Origin: Chromera velia
Lineage: Eukaryota
Direction of reading: 5' to 3'
DNA: 53,412 bases
Assembly: GCA_018398765.1 (NCBI GenBank)
Contig: JAHBMJ010000260.1
Span: forward strand, 1-53,412
This document shows, piece by piece, positions 19,871 to 33,087 of the stretch; within the stretch, counting starts at the first letter, position 1, and every line of letters begins with the position of its first letter. A program made the translations under genes and the position numbers. The notes beneath the pieces are model-generated. The model did no database searches. It was not told the DNA's origin and saw only the letters and a list, made by a program, of their open reading frames with translations.

Positions 19871-20804
19871 CACACACACATACACCCATACACAGACACA
19901 CACTTCTCCATACACCCCCACACAGATACGAAAGCTCGCTATCGGGACAGGAGGTGAATTCTCCGGACATCACTCCTGTGCTAACAAACCTTTCCACGAA
20001 GACATACGCCCGCACACACACATACACGCGCACACTCACACACGAGCACGCGCCACTCACACACACCAGCACGCGCTGTCGTGAGAAGGGGACGCGGAAG
20101 GGAAGGGATGGGAGCGGTGAGAATGTGTGAATCGTTCCGAGATCAGGAAGGGCAGACAATCCGTTGACTCGGACTGGGAAAATGTCAAATGCAAAGGATA
20201 CGAAGGGAAGCGACATCCGAAGCGCAGGAAAATAACGCTTTAAAGTTTGTGAATGAGAAAGCGCGAATCACGAAGACGCATCCATTTGTCTGCAAAAGAC
20301 AAAGAACGAGGCACAATCAAGAGGGAAACGCATGCGCTAGCTGCCGAACCGACCTGGAAGAAGGTCCTTGCACCTTTTGAAGATCTCATCGTTCAAAAAG
20401 GGATCTACAATCCACACGCAGTTGTCGTTATGCCTCACATTCCTCCCAAGAGACACAGGGGCATCTTCAGTGTACCCCATCTCAGACGACACGTCTATGA
20501 TCCCTTCGCACTCTTCTTTTGAGAGAACGCCGTGCAACACGAAGATCCCGTCTCTGATATCTTCCCGCCAAGGGGGGGATTTGGGGGGACTCACGGAGAC
20601 CGCATCGGCGGACGCAGTCCAGATCGGTAATTCTGCCTTCTGCTGCCCGGGTTCGCGCGTAACCTCCCAGAAACGTTTACCCCCCGACTCTAAGTTAGTG
20701 CTGTGTCCAGCGACGGCCGGTGTAGTCGTCATATGAAACCTTCTCACCAAAGCGCACCAACTTACAGTCACTCTTGGGAGACGGCTCCACAAAAACAGGT
20801 GCAT
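19132..20804 (-). CDS. 2-oxoglutarate/Fe(II)-dependent oxygenase (prolyl-4-hydroxylase-like)
   Basis: Two exons, 20804-20354 and 19544-19132 (phase 1). Motifs: VLSKEECEGII, GLNRRWRLYRY, HxD (FRWHTDG), LTFLIYLNDGFNGGGTRF, distal His and basic residues (LHEGEMVEEGRKFVARTDVLY). The start may instead be the second Met (MTTT). Confidence 0.88.
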
Positions 20805-21217
20805 CTATCAGCGAGCCTTCTGGAGTAGAGAAGCCACTGCCCCGGAGAGCTCTTCACGATCCCTGTATTGGAGGAGAGATCAGAGGCTTTAATGGGGTTT
20901 GAAAGAAACAGTCACGGTGTCTGTGTGTGTCTGAAATACAGGTAATCAATTATATTAAGCGAGTAAGTGTTGCGCTGGGTTGGTTCTCGCTGAAGCTGTC
21001 TCTTGTTTTTGCTCCTTTCTTTTTTTTTGCTGTCGAAAGTGGTCCTCCTATGCCCCCTCTCTATCTCTTGACGCCGCTTGATTGCGGATGGTTGATGATG
21101 GTTGCGGGATATTGCGGGTTTCAACTTTGTGGGTGATCGACACAGGGTGACATAGGGTGACAGTGTTGCTGTCTCGACGATGCACTGTCACTAACTAGCA
21201 GATGTAGCAGCACGTTG

Positions 21218-22100
21218 CCCCGGAATTCATGAGACGCCTTACACGGAATTGGGCCCCAAAATGCCCCAAATCCCTGCCCACAAAACCCTCAATAAAAAAA
21301 ATTGGTGACTAGGCTTAGGCCCCTAGGCAGGCCTAGCATTTGCATCTAACAAAAACGACCATAAAATATAGTGTTAAAAAAAAAAAAAATCCTGCTCATA
21401 CTAAAAGTGATCGATGAGCAGCTAGATCCGCCCCTCATATATGGGGACTAATGGGGATGCGGCATGCATAACAAAAACCTCGATCGATTCCTCGATCATC
21501 AGATTGATGAGCAGATTGCTCCTAGATTCGAAACTAACGAGACGATTCAACCAGAACCATTTCAATGATAGACTAGGCTAGATCCGCCCTTCCTGTATGG
21601 GGATGCAGTATACATAACAAAAACTTCAATGATCAATTCCTGCTTACGGGCTACGCATAGAGATGTAGACCCCTTACGGAATTAAACCAGGAAATTTACC
21701 CCAAATTCCTGTATGCAGAATCCTGCCCCTAGAATCGAGACCATTACGGCATAACAGGAACCTTCTAATACCTTCTGACAAACTAGGCTATATCCACCTC
21801 TGATATACGGGGATGCGGCATACATAACAAAACCCCACTACAAAACCCTTGACCATCAATTCTTGCTTATGCATTACTATGCATAGAGACTTCATATAGG
21901 GAGACCCATTATAGAATTTAACCCCACATTACCCAACATTCCTGTAAAATCCTGCCGATTGATACCAATGGAGACTAATAGAGACTCGTAGAGACCTTTT
22001 ACAGAATTTAACCTAAAATAATTTTTTATATGTCTATAGACTCATAATTTAGAGACTCCTTAATACTTCTTAAGTATGGAATGTAGCCCAAAATTTCTGT
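21218..22100 (+). repeat. Degenerate multi-unit tandem repeat, probable transposon remnant
   Basis: Three copies of gctagatccgccc...ggggatgcggcatacataacaaaa (about 21421, 21577, 21786) and about five of gagacc..ttacggaatt...ccaaa..ttcctg (about 21231, 21667, 21901, 21991, 22053). Confidence 0.75.
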
Positions 22101-23400
22101 TACTGGAGAGGAGCGTTGAATACTTAGATAAAAAGTACTAAAAACTACAATGTTACTTCATGTTACTGCATGTACAATCATTAAAGATTAACAAACTTTT
22201 CTGTAAACTACGTAGCGTTTTCAACAATTTAACAACAAAGCCGGAAACTGGTAGAAAAACTAAGAAAAACCAAGGCACAGGTCAATTATGTTTTAACAGT
22301 TTTTGATCCAATTTACTTATCGCACCCCGGCCTGCCCCTCAGCTCCGCTCATCTCCCCCGGCCGGCCGCTTGCCGGGTCGCCGCGTCCCCACGCTTAATT
22401 GCGCGGCATGCTCCTGTCCGCGGAGCTCCTCTCTGCGCCTCCTCCACGCTAGCCTCCACGCTCTGTCCCGGTCGCGTAACTTAAGTCCCTACAGTCTAAA
22501 ACGGCTGAAGATTGCATGTGACTGTAATATCATTATATTAATTAATTTAAATGAATCAACACGGCAAAAAAAAAAAATGATATCCACTATAGCTAGATTA
22601 ATTATGAACATGAATCACTACAGTGATACTATTGCAAACATACATCGATCAGATTATTAAAAAAATAATTTGATTTTCTTCTACGCCGAATCTACGGGAA
22701 GTTCTACCTTTTCTATATATTAATATTCGAAACAAACTAGAAAAAAAATATGTGAATGAAGCTCTACCTTTTTTTTTATATAATTTAATTCAAACATCAA
22801 ATTCTAAATCAGGCAGGCCTATGCACCGAGCATCTTTTGGTGTCTGACGATTAAACAAAGGGAGAAAAGAAGTAACGAAGCTAGGCCAAATCAATCGATC
22901 GACCATTCAACTCACTTCTTCTGCGGTGACCCATCCATTCATGTTGACAGATTTACGGCAAAGTCGAAACCATCGAGTACCGATTAGTGAATGCCCTCTT
23001 GCTCCGTACAGGGATTCATGAGCGTTTGCTTCTTCCTGCCTCTGTGGCGAATGAAGGGTCACAAAAACCTCCCTGATCGAAAGGGAAAGAGGGACTAAAG
23101 ACCAATCGCGCTGAAAAGTCGGCACCCGCCCCATTCAACTCACTCCCTCGATCCTTCTCTGTCCTAACTCCCTTCTACCTTGCTATCCCATCCTTTTTCT
23201 TTCCACCATTGCAGAAACACCTTCGACGCGCCGTGCATCTCCCCTGTCAACCCCCCCCTTCTCTCAAGAACAAACTCAGACGCTGATATATCGCTTCATC
23301 CATCCAATCAGCTCCCTTCTTCTCTTTGGTTTTCTCTGCCTGGCCTCATTTGCTCCTGTCCTCTTCCCCCTCCAATCAAGTGAGGCCCCAGCTGGTTCAC

Positions 23401-24264
23401 TCATGCTGTTGCTACTGTCGGAGAGGAGACTGCAGCTGTGGGGGGGGCCGTATGGCTTCCTGCGCCTTGCAGTGCTTGTTTGTCGCTGTTCTCTGTACCC
23501 TTCTTTTGCAGAAACGAATCGTCTCCCTCGGGTGCTCCCCCTGCTCCTGCTCCTGGAGAATGATGAGAAGCTCCCTTCTCCCCCTCCCCCCCTGCTGCTT
23601 TCGATGCCGCTTGCTTCTTCCCCTTTTCCTTTTCCTCCCTCTCCTTCCTACGGTGCTTCCGTCTGTTCTCCTTCCGAGTGGAAACCCAACCGAAAATCTT
23701 CTGACATGTGTCACCAACGGCATCCCCCGCGTCCTCCGCATTCACCTGCGTGCGTGCGTAAATGAATGTGTATCCGTATGGAACCATATATGTTCAAAGT
23801 AACAGGATCTCTCTCTCTCTCTCTCTCTCTCGATGTGTGTATGTGTGTATGTATGTGTATGTGTATGAGCGAGAGCGAACGTACATGAACATCCTGTCCT
23901 TTTGGTGCCTTTGTCTCTCCCCACATTACAGAGCGCACATTTGACTCGCATGACCTGACAGCACCATGCAGAAGCAGAGAGACAGACAATAGAGACGACC
24001 CACATGAACTCGCACGCGCGCTTGCTTGAAAACACATTCGCAGACACACGTAGACGGCCTCGAACACAAACACACGAGCAGAAACAAACACGAAGGCAGA
24101 CCTGCGTATAGAAGAGAAAAACGTTTTGTCGCCCTCTCTCTCCACACACAATTTTCGCACATGTGCTCACGTGCATATTCATGTACACACGCACACACAC
24201 ACACACACACACGCACGCACGCACGCACACACACACGCACGCACGCACGCACGCACGCACGCAC

Positions 24265-24303
<39 letters not shown>

Positions 24304-24306
24304 GAG

Positions 24307-24338
<32 letters not shown>

Positions 24339-25035
24339 CCAGTGAGAGACCGGGACAGGTGGGGGAAGACACAGCGTCGTGCCATCTCGATTTCTTTTAG
24401 CTTGCCATTTTGCTTGCACATTCACATTTACGTTCACAGACGGGCAGGAAGGGACCTACCATCGCGCTAAGTTTCTTCTCCTGCTCAGCGCTCAACTTCA
24501 GGCCGAGCCCCTTGATGCCTGCGAGTGCCGCCTTGTCCCTTGACTTGTTGTCTTTTTTGTCGTCGAACACCACATCGGTCATATACCCCGAGCACTCCTC
24601 CATGAATTTGATATGGTTCAAGAAGATTTTCCCGGTCTTTTTGTCTTTGTGGACCAGAGAATGACCCATGGCTCGGCTCATCAGTGCTTGCTTGGTCAGC
24701 AGCTGCAACATCGGGGAAAAGTGTTCATGATCGGATTTGAATGAACGCACAGGAAAATGAAAAAACAACCCGGTGCTTGGCCGACAGCTGCCTCTCAAAA
24801 GACAAAACTGATTCAACAACAAAAACAAAAAACTGCAAAGACACAGATGATCTATTTGCATGAGAAATATACATGGAACTGCATGTCAACCACCCCTTCA
24901 TTCATCCGATCCCCACCCTCCCTCCCTCAAGCATCAGATCTTTCATTTCATCACCTACAGACTCTTCTTCCGATGCCGAATTCCATATTTGCTTTGCACC
25001 ATGACCGTACTCTTTCTCAATACCTTGCAAGCACT

Positions 25036-25094
<59 letters not shown>

Positions 25095-25698
25095 GTGCCT
25101 TTGAGATGTTTCTGCCACCGATGTCGAGCATGTCCTCCATCTTCATGTCGTCGAACGACTTGATCATGGTGCGAATGCTGTCGTTAGCCTCGTCAGAAAG
25201 ATCCAGACCCGAATATTGACCGATCTTTGCAACGAGGTGGTCGAGGTCTTTGTCTGTTTTGGCGATTTTGAAGTTTTTGATCTGATCCTTAAGGTGGACA
25301 TGTTGCTTCGCTTGAATATGTTGTTTCCCCTCCTCACCCTCCTGTTCTTTTTCCTTGCCTTTCTCCTTTTGTGCCCCCTTCTTGTGCTTTCCCTTCCCTT
25401 TCCCCTTTCCTTTCGTCTTGTGCTTCCCCTTGCCCTTTGTCTTCGTCTTCCCTGCCTCCTGACCTGCAGCCACCTCGTGGCCTTTTCCTTTCTCTCCTTC
25501 CTCTTTCCCTCCCCCCTTTCCTGTCTGCTCAACTGCCCCGGAGGCCCCCACTTCGACCATCATCTGCTGGCCTCCCTCCTCCCTCCCCTTCTTCTCCTTA
25601 ACGTCAACCGACTCCTCCCCGGAAGAGGAAACATCGGCACCAGTTGTTCCTACCACTGTCAGACCGGCAAATAGAAGGAGAAGCCAGAGGGGCTTCAT
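23401..25698 (-). CDS. Secreted hypothetical protein (about 397 aa) with Lys/Gly-rich low-complexity region
   Basis: Three phase-0 exons: 25698-25093, 24702-24460, 23745-23401. Signal-peptide-like [20 protein letters not shown], a [13 protein letters not shown] repeat, then a globular segment with two Cys. Confidence 0.75.
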
Positions 25699-26608
25699 GG
25701 CGTCGGTCTTTCTTAGAGGTCAGACGGTGAAGGCTTGAAGAGAATGTCAACCTCTTATTCCTGCTGGAATCTGCCGTCAAGAACAGTCAGGAAGGAAAAT
25801 GGACAGCCAGCCGGGAAGCACTTTGCCTGCGCACTCCTGCCAACTAGCTCCCTTTGTGGCTTGCTTCAATTGCCTAACCTAGCTGTGAGGTTGTACCCGG
25901 ACTGCTTCGCCAAATCGCTTTTCCTTGAATTCTAGAGCAGTCAAAGTCACTTCTGTACGGCTTGTGCACTCGCCCGAGTGTCAGTGTCTGTGAAACTCTT
26001 CAGCAACTTTGCGATCCGATCAGACTTCTGCATGGTGAACAACCGCACCAAGTTCTGTGTCAATCGATCGAATTTAAAGGGTGCACGGACAGACGGACAC
26101 GTTTGACATTCCTTCGATCATTGAATGCATGCGAATGCATGCACGCCTTTCTGTGTATCGGTAAGCACTATAGTTCGACCGGGGTTGTCTGCTCGAATTA
26201 CTGGCGAGGCGGGCCTTTACCTATTAATAAATGCCGGGGTCCGACCTCGAGAAATGCGGGCCCGCGGTACCTCGATCGCGTCCTGCACTCACCCAAAGGC
26301 CCAAATTTGAAAAGGCCCCGGCATGCACGCCACCTGTTGCATCCGATGCACGCGGCATGACATCGGCATGACATAAGAAAAGAATGACGCAGAGGGCCCT
26401 ATGTAGGCAGGGTCTCTTATCACGGTCAGTAGCACCATGTAGCACCACCGTCTCCTTTTCCATCACGAGACTAGCAGCCTTTGAATGCCTTTGACAGCCC
26501 CCGAAGGCACCAGTGCAAGCAGACTCAACGAGGTAACACGCGCAAGAGAGAGATTTCCGGCGCTTCCACAGAGATCCAGAGAGGCGTGCAAAAGACAGAG
26601 TGATAGGG

Positions 26609-26670
26609 TGAAAGAGAGACGGCATCCTTTCTTATCTTGTGAAAGAGAGACGGCATCCTTTCTTATCTTG
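26609..26670 (+). repeat. Perfect 31-bp tandem duplication just upstream of the acyltransferase ATG
   Basis: tgaaagagagacggcatcctttcttatcttg at 26609-26639 and 26640-26670. Confidence 0.92.
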
Positions 26671-26682
26671 ACGTCAAGCAAC

Positions 26683-29213
26683 ATGCGGGGAACTGCAGTG
26701 TTGCTGACCTTTGCGAGCTTGCTCTCGCAAGCTGCTGCAGGGCCTGTTCAGGATGTCCAGAGTTGCCTTGCTGCAATGTCGGCTTGGAACACGACATACG
26801 GCCCTCTTTCCGGGACCCCCGATGACGGGAAGTTCTCGGAATGTACTGCCAACCCCCAAAACAAGTACTGCATGCTGTCTGTGCAGATTCCCGTGAAGCA
26901 GTTGTCCTTCAGAGTCCTGCAGTCCCTCTGCCTTCCAGACTCATGCAACGTCGAGGCCATCTCTGGTCTCTGTGACGGCTCCATTGACTGCGACAACCTG
27001 CCGCCAGAGTACGAATCACTCCAACAGGCGTGTTCAGCAGCCCAGTCCCTAATCTGCAAACCTCTGAACGAGCCCCAACCCATCAACGTGCAGTGTGCAG
27101 GGAACAACGAGCCCTCCCAGACTGCATACGCAAAGACCCTAGGTGGTGCTCTCAGCTGTGCAGTTCCCATGACAAGCGCCTCCCCCTTCTACCAGAACCT
27201 CACCGCTGCCTCCTCCACAGGCCCGAACGACCTCGGTGATTGGGATAAGTGCAGCACCCAAAGCGGCGCTCGGTATTGCACCTGCAGTTACAACATTGCG
27301 CCCATGGTGTCTGTCAAGACTGGTCAGTGCGTCCCGGAGAAGTGCAACGACAGTCAGTTCGGGAAGAGCGTGGAATTCGTCTGTGACCCCTACACAGATT
27401 GTCTGGGATCTGCCTCCTTCCTCAACCCCACCAGTTGCTTCCTCACAAAGGCCTTGGCATGTTCCGGCAGCCAGGCCTTGAAGAAGTTTCGTGATTTTCT
27501 CCCCGGGGGTGGGGGGAATACTGGAGGGGGGGGCATGAACTCTGCTGTTGCCCGTCGGATGTCCAGCTCTTCCTCTCTGCCCCTGTCGTTGAAGTCTTTG
27601 AGAGAGTACGCCGAGTCAAGAGGGCTGACTGCAAAGTTTGAGGAGTCGGTGAAGGAGGCAGCTGCTTTCCTGGGCAAGAGAGCAGTGGCTGCCCTGGCCT
27701 CGCCTTCCCTCTCTGCGTCTCCCTCCAAAGAGGCAGGAAGGAAGATCAGCCCTCCTGCCTGGACAGTGCTCGACACACTCCTGTCGATCCCTCCGCAGGG
27801 AAACCTGACAGACACACTGTTGAAGCTGAATAAGCTGAAGGATAATCTGAATGATCTGGATGATTCAGAGATTGGGGATTTGGGAAGGGGGGAAGCCCAG
27901 AGGGAGGAAAGAGAAATTGAAGAAAGTTTGGAGGCCCAGAAGGCGAAAGGGAAGATTTTGGAAACTTTCCGCAGGGAGGGGGCAGTGGTTCCTCCTTTGG
28001 AGGAGGACGCAGAAGAGAAGGCACTTGAGACAGCAGGTGCAAAGGCAGGAGAGAAGAGGAAGCCCGCTCTGGGTGCTGTGCCTGATTTAGGGGGTGGTGC
28101 ATCGTTCTCATCGACCTGCGACTTCTCGAAGCCTCCTGTTGACTGGAGAACTGCTGTGAGCATCACGCTGATTGTCCTGTTTGTTGCCACGGGGCTCTTG
28201 GCTCTCGCGTTTGGGTACACGATTGCGCAGCCTGGGTGGGATAACCCGAGAAAGAAAAACCCGGTCGGTCGGTTTTTCTTCTTCTTCTTCTTCCTCTTTC
28301 TTCTTCCTTCCTTCCATTCATTCATTCATTCATTCAGTCAGTCAGTCAGTCAGTCATTCATTCATTGTCCAAGAGAAAGATCGACGATGGGAACCCTACA
28401 GAGTAGCGTGTCTCGCTGTTTGTATGAGTAGTTTTATTTTCGTAGGAGAAGACTGCGCATGCACAAAGAGAGAGACTGAAAGCACCCGGAGTGCTCTGTG
28501 CATTCATGCGTGTGTTCACAGCAGATAATGCCTGTGGTCTGTCTGTGAGGGTAACAAAAACGAAGAGCCTGATTCACAGTAAAGATGTGCAAAGAGTGTC
28601 ACTCTGCCAAGATGCAGACAGAATGATGCAACATCTTCATGCAGTGCTTTCTGATTGATAGTGAGAAGTGTCTTCCCACCTACGATGTTATCCTCATGGA
28701 AGGTTGTCAACCTCCTCGTTTCATGCATCTGCAGGCTGCCGAACCCGAGTCGCTTGCCTTGAAGGTTCTTGCGGCGTTCTCTCCCATGAGGAATTGGACT
28801 GCTCTGTTCCGTCTCTCTGCTCCAAAGGAGAAGCAACAGGAGAGGCCGTCAACCTCGACGACGACGCAGGCACAGCAGCCGGAGCAGCAGCAAGCAAGTG
28901 AGAGACCCCTGTTGGAGGCCTCAGGCGTGGAAGGGGGGGCTCGTGAGCTTAGAAACGTCGCAGAGTCTTCGGCCGAGAGCAGAGAAGCGGGAAAGAGAGA
29001 CGGGGGTGCATCTTCGTCATCCTCTTCTTCTTCCTCTCCTGTTGAAGGAGAGAACAAGAAGAAGGAGGCGCGCCCCGAAATGGAGTGTCTGCACGGCCTC
29101 CGAGTGCTCTCTCTCGCCTGGGTCATCTTCGGTCACACCCTCATCTTCTGGTTGACATCTGTGGACGTGAAGAACATTGAGGTACGTGAGCTGTTTGCCA
29201 GATTGAGACTCTT

Positions 29214-29251
<38 letters not shown>

Positions 29252-32200
29252 CATGTGTGTGTGAGAGGCTGGTTGGCGATGGGGCTTCGGGTAAGAGAGA
29301 GTTTCTGTTCCTTAGTGTGCCTCAAATGAGGTCTCGCCACTTACAGATTACAAAAGGATGGATGCGGCGTTTTGATTCTGTGTACTGATGCTCACTGGCC
29401 AGCCTGAAGAAAGTTGCAGAACTCTTTTACTCTCCTCTGAGGGCTGCTTTGTGTACTGAAGGATGACCTCATTTTCTGTTGTGATGACGAGGCACGCTTG
29501 ACTGGTGTGTGTGAATGTTTATCAATCTGTTTTGCTTCTGCAGGCGGTGTTGAAGATCACCCAAGGGTTTTGGTACTCTCTGTTGACCAGCGCGCCCTTC
29601 TCTGTGGACTCTTTCTTCTTCCTCTCTGGCCTTCTCTGTACGATCTCTCTCGTCCCGATGTTCAACGCCGTCAAAATTCCGCCCATTGGACTCGCGTTGC
29701 TGCACAGGTCAGTAAGCGTTTGCTAGTTTTCTTTTCTTTTCTTTTGGGTATTTTAATTCTACCGGGGGCACTTCAGATGCTCACACTGGGGCATGCCGAT
29801 CGCTGCCTGTGAGGTCGAGCTCAGGAGAGGGGGGCGCAGGAGTGAGTCTGGGTTCCTCTGTTATTGCAGCAGATCCTCTTCGTTCGTAGTTCTCTTTGTA
29901 CTTCGTGTACTCCCGAAACTTCAACCTGGCTTACAATCCTCTCCGCCCGCTGCCTCTCTGTCAAATAACTACTTCCTTCTGCTACTCCCCGTCAATTCCA
30001 CTTTCTTTTGCTTTTCTGGTTAATTTGTATCGATCCTTTCGTAGATGTCACTTGGCCTGTACTGAATCCTCCCCTGCTTGTGCTTGTGCAGGTACCTCCG
30101 TCTGACCCCCGTCTATCTCCTTGTGATCGCCATCTACTACTGGGTCTCCGTGTATCTGGGAGACGGACCATTGTGGCCCTCCTACATCGCGGCCACCTGG
30201 GGAGTCAGCGGGAGTGGGAGCGCTTGCGGGCAATACTGGTCAGTCGGGGGGCGGGTACGAAAGATTTGATTGGATTGTTTTTGCTCTTGTGCCAGTGGGC
30301 GGACAACCGGTGGTCGTCAGAACTCCCTCCTCCTGTTGTTTGATTGTCGTGCTCTTCGATCCTCCTTCTCATTCGCGTAAGACAGAGTGACCTGCAGTTC
30401 CGAGAATGATGACTGTTTGGAGATTGTCTCTCTCTCTCTCTCTCTCTGTGATCCAATGGTCATGCTTGCATGCGTATGCGTGCAGGTGGACAAACGCCCT
30501 TTACATCAACAACTTGTACCCAACAAAAGTGAACGACATGTGCCTCGCCTGGTCATGGTATCTGGCCAACGATATGCAGTTCTTCCTCGTAGCCCTGATT
30601 GTCCTCGCACTCTACACAAAGTGAGTGAGTGGCTGAATGAATGAAAAAATGCAAGAAGCATTCACGCATTCGTGAAAGTATAGAAAAAATGTGAGTATTC
30701 GTGGAAGAGAACTGGAAGCGTCGATGGAGGGGAGTCGTCCGTTCACTTTGCATGAATCTGCCGTTCGCTTTTCAGTCTGACTCACTTGCTGCTATCTTTC
30801 CTTCTGACTTGCCTGCCTGCTTTTTGTTTTCTGAAACCGTTACAGAGTGCACAAGGCGATCGGTTGGGGTCTGACGGGAGGCCTTTTGGTCGGGTGCATC
30901 ATCGCCAACGCTGTGATTACTTACGACAACAGCATCGGTGTGGCTATCTTCGAACAGCTGGGCGGAGGGGGTCCGGGAGGAGCCTCGTTTGACCTTGTGT
31001 ACGATAAGCCTTGGACCCGTATTGGTCCGTATGCGGTTGGTATGCTGCTGGGGCTTGTGATCCTCGAGGGTCGGATCAAGCTGGACAAGTGGAACACGGC
31101 TCTTCGAATGGCTACCCACGTCTTCATTGCCGCCCTTTTCCTCTTCCTTATCTTCATTCCCTGGACTGCCAATAAGGTGAACCCGTGGAAGTGGCCTATG
31201 TGGGCGAACGTCGCGTATCTGATGTGGGACAGGTCAGTCAGCCCAGCCCTGCAGTATGAAAAGAAAATTATGCACTGCACGTTGTTTCAATACGCAACTC
31301 ACTCGACTGGCATCTTTCTCTTCCACTTCGCTGAAGAGAGTCCTTGTTATTTTTCGTGCACGGCCAGTTCAAGGGAAATCCCTTTAGAAAGAGAGTTGGT
31401 TTGCTCTATTGCCCTCCCCTAGTGTTCTCATAGAGGCTGATCATCGTCCTGAGTTTGATTGAGTGTTCGTTCGTGATGTTTGCTCCTTGTGAGCGTGAGA
31501 GAGAATCTATGACTCTTCTTGTCTGTCTTTCTGTCTCCCTCCAGATCTCTCTGGGCAGTGACCCTCGCCTGGCTTGTTCTTGCGATGCTCCAAGGGTTTG
31601 CCCCCTGGACGAATTGGATTCTCTCCTGGAAGGCCTGGGCTCCTCTTGCCAGGATGACCTACCTGGCCTACCTCATTCACCCGGTGGTCATGTTTGTTCT
31701 CTTCTCGAACACCAAGGGACAAGAGTACTACACAGAGCGTCAGTCAGTCTCGCTCAAAGAGGGAAAAAAGAAGAAAAACAACTGTCCGCACATGCTGTTT
31801 ACGCCTGTTCAAGTGTGCAGCGGCCATCCCGCTTTTCTTGAGAAATGAGACGACAACAAAGACAGACTCGGAAAAGAAAGGGTTGAAATGATGCACCAGC
31901 ATCCAACCTTTTTTGTCGAGCCTGTCTGGGTATTTATGTTTAGTTCTCTGTCTATTGGTCTGCTTGTCTGTTACTTGTCTCGTTGTCTGTCTGTCTCTCC
32001 CCCTCTCAGCGTGGGTGTTCGTGTGTCTGCCGTCCGCCCAGCTGACTGCATGTGAATCTGTACTGACTCTCTCCCCTCCCCCCCCCCCNNNNNNNNNNNN
32101 NNNNNNNNNNNNNNNNNNNNNNNNNNNNNNNNNNNNNNNNNNNNNNNNNNNNNNNNNNNNNNNNNNNNNNNNNNNNNNNNNNNNNNNNNNNNNNNNNNNN

Positions 32201-32320
32201 NNNNNNNNNNNNNNNNNNNNNNNNNNNNNNNNNNNNNNNNNNNNNNNNNNNNNNNNNNNNNNNNNNNNNNNNNNNNNNNNNNNNNNNNNNNNNNNNNNNN
32301 NNNNNNNNCCCTCTCCCCCC

Positions 32321-32353
<33 letters not shown>

Positions 32354-33087
32354 CCGTACAGCTGATTCTCTACTTTTTGGGTTGCTGGACTGCCACTTAC
32401 ATCGTCTCCGGGCTGATGACCTTGTTGCTTGAGATGCCGATTGCGAACTTGGAGAAGCTCCTTGTGGAGGGCATCACCGCTGGAATGAAGAAGAAGATTC
32501 AGAACCAGCACGATGAGACCACAGATCTGCGAACAGGTACGTAGCAGGCCAGCCAGGCGGGCACGTGAAGCACGTGCAGTCGGAAGGAAGCTTGTTTGGC
32601 TGGCCGGGAGACAGCGAGCTTATTCTCTGAAGGAAGAAGGACTCAGCGATTTCTCCGTGTCCGACCCACCTGGATATTGACTATCCGCTGCTACGTATTG
32701 TGAGATGGCCATGCATTTTACACTGTGTATAACTTTAACGTGACGATCAGTGTGTCTAAAAATGTTACTTTAACAGAAACACTTCCACTCTCAAATGAGA
32801 GCCTTATCGGGTGTTCACTTACACATCGGTACTTGAAAATCACGTGCGCCCAGCATTTTAATGCGAATTCCGAATATATAGCGCGTGAATGCGCGAGCAA
32901 ACTTGCAAATATGCACATATGTATACACACACATCCACATATCTTTGTGTTGCTGACTGCAGCAAGAGCCGAGGCCGGAGACGCAGAGGTGGGCGGTGTG
33001 GGAGACTCTCTGACGAAGGAGAAGAAACTGAATGGAAACTCCCTCGCCGTCTCTCAGGAGACTGCACAGTCACAGGCACAGCAGTGA
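26683..33087 (+). CDS. NRF-6-like membrane O-acyltransferase (acyltransferase-3 family) with signal peptide and two Cys-rich NRF-like modules
   Basis: Exons 26683-28263, 28735-29181, 29544-29707, 30092-30238, 30486-30620, 30846-31232, 31545-31738, 32354-32536, 32963-33087. Motifs: CLHGLRVLSLAWVIFGH, SVDSFFFLSG, HRYLRLTP, WWTNALYINN, WSWYLANDMQF, YDKPWTRIGPYAVG, PLARMTYLAYLIHP, LLEMPIANLEK. Confidence 0.9.
32089..32308. other. Assembly gap (intronic)
   Basis: Run of N flanked by poly-C. Confidence 0.99.

Noticed and set aside
32537..32544. Acyltransferase ending at TAG 32544
   Set aside because: A strong donor (ACAG|gtacgt) and a phase-matched exon at 32963-33087 suggest a later stop; not certain without RNA data.
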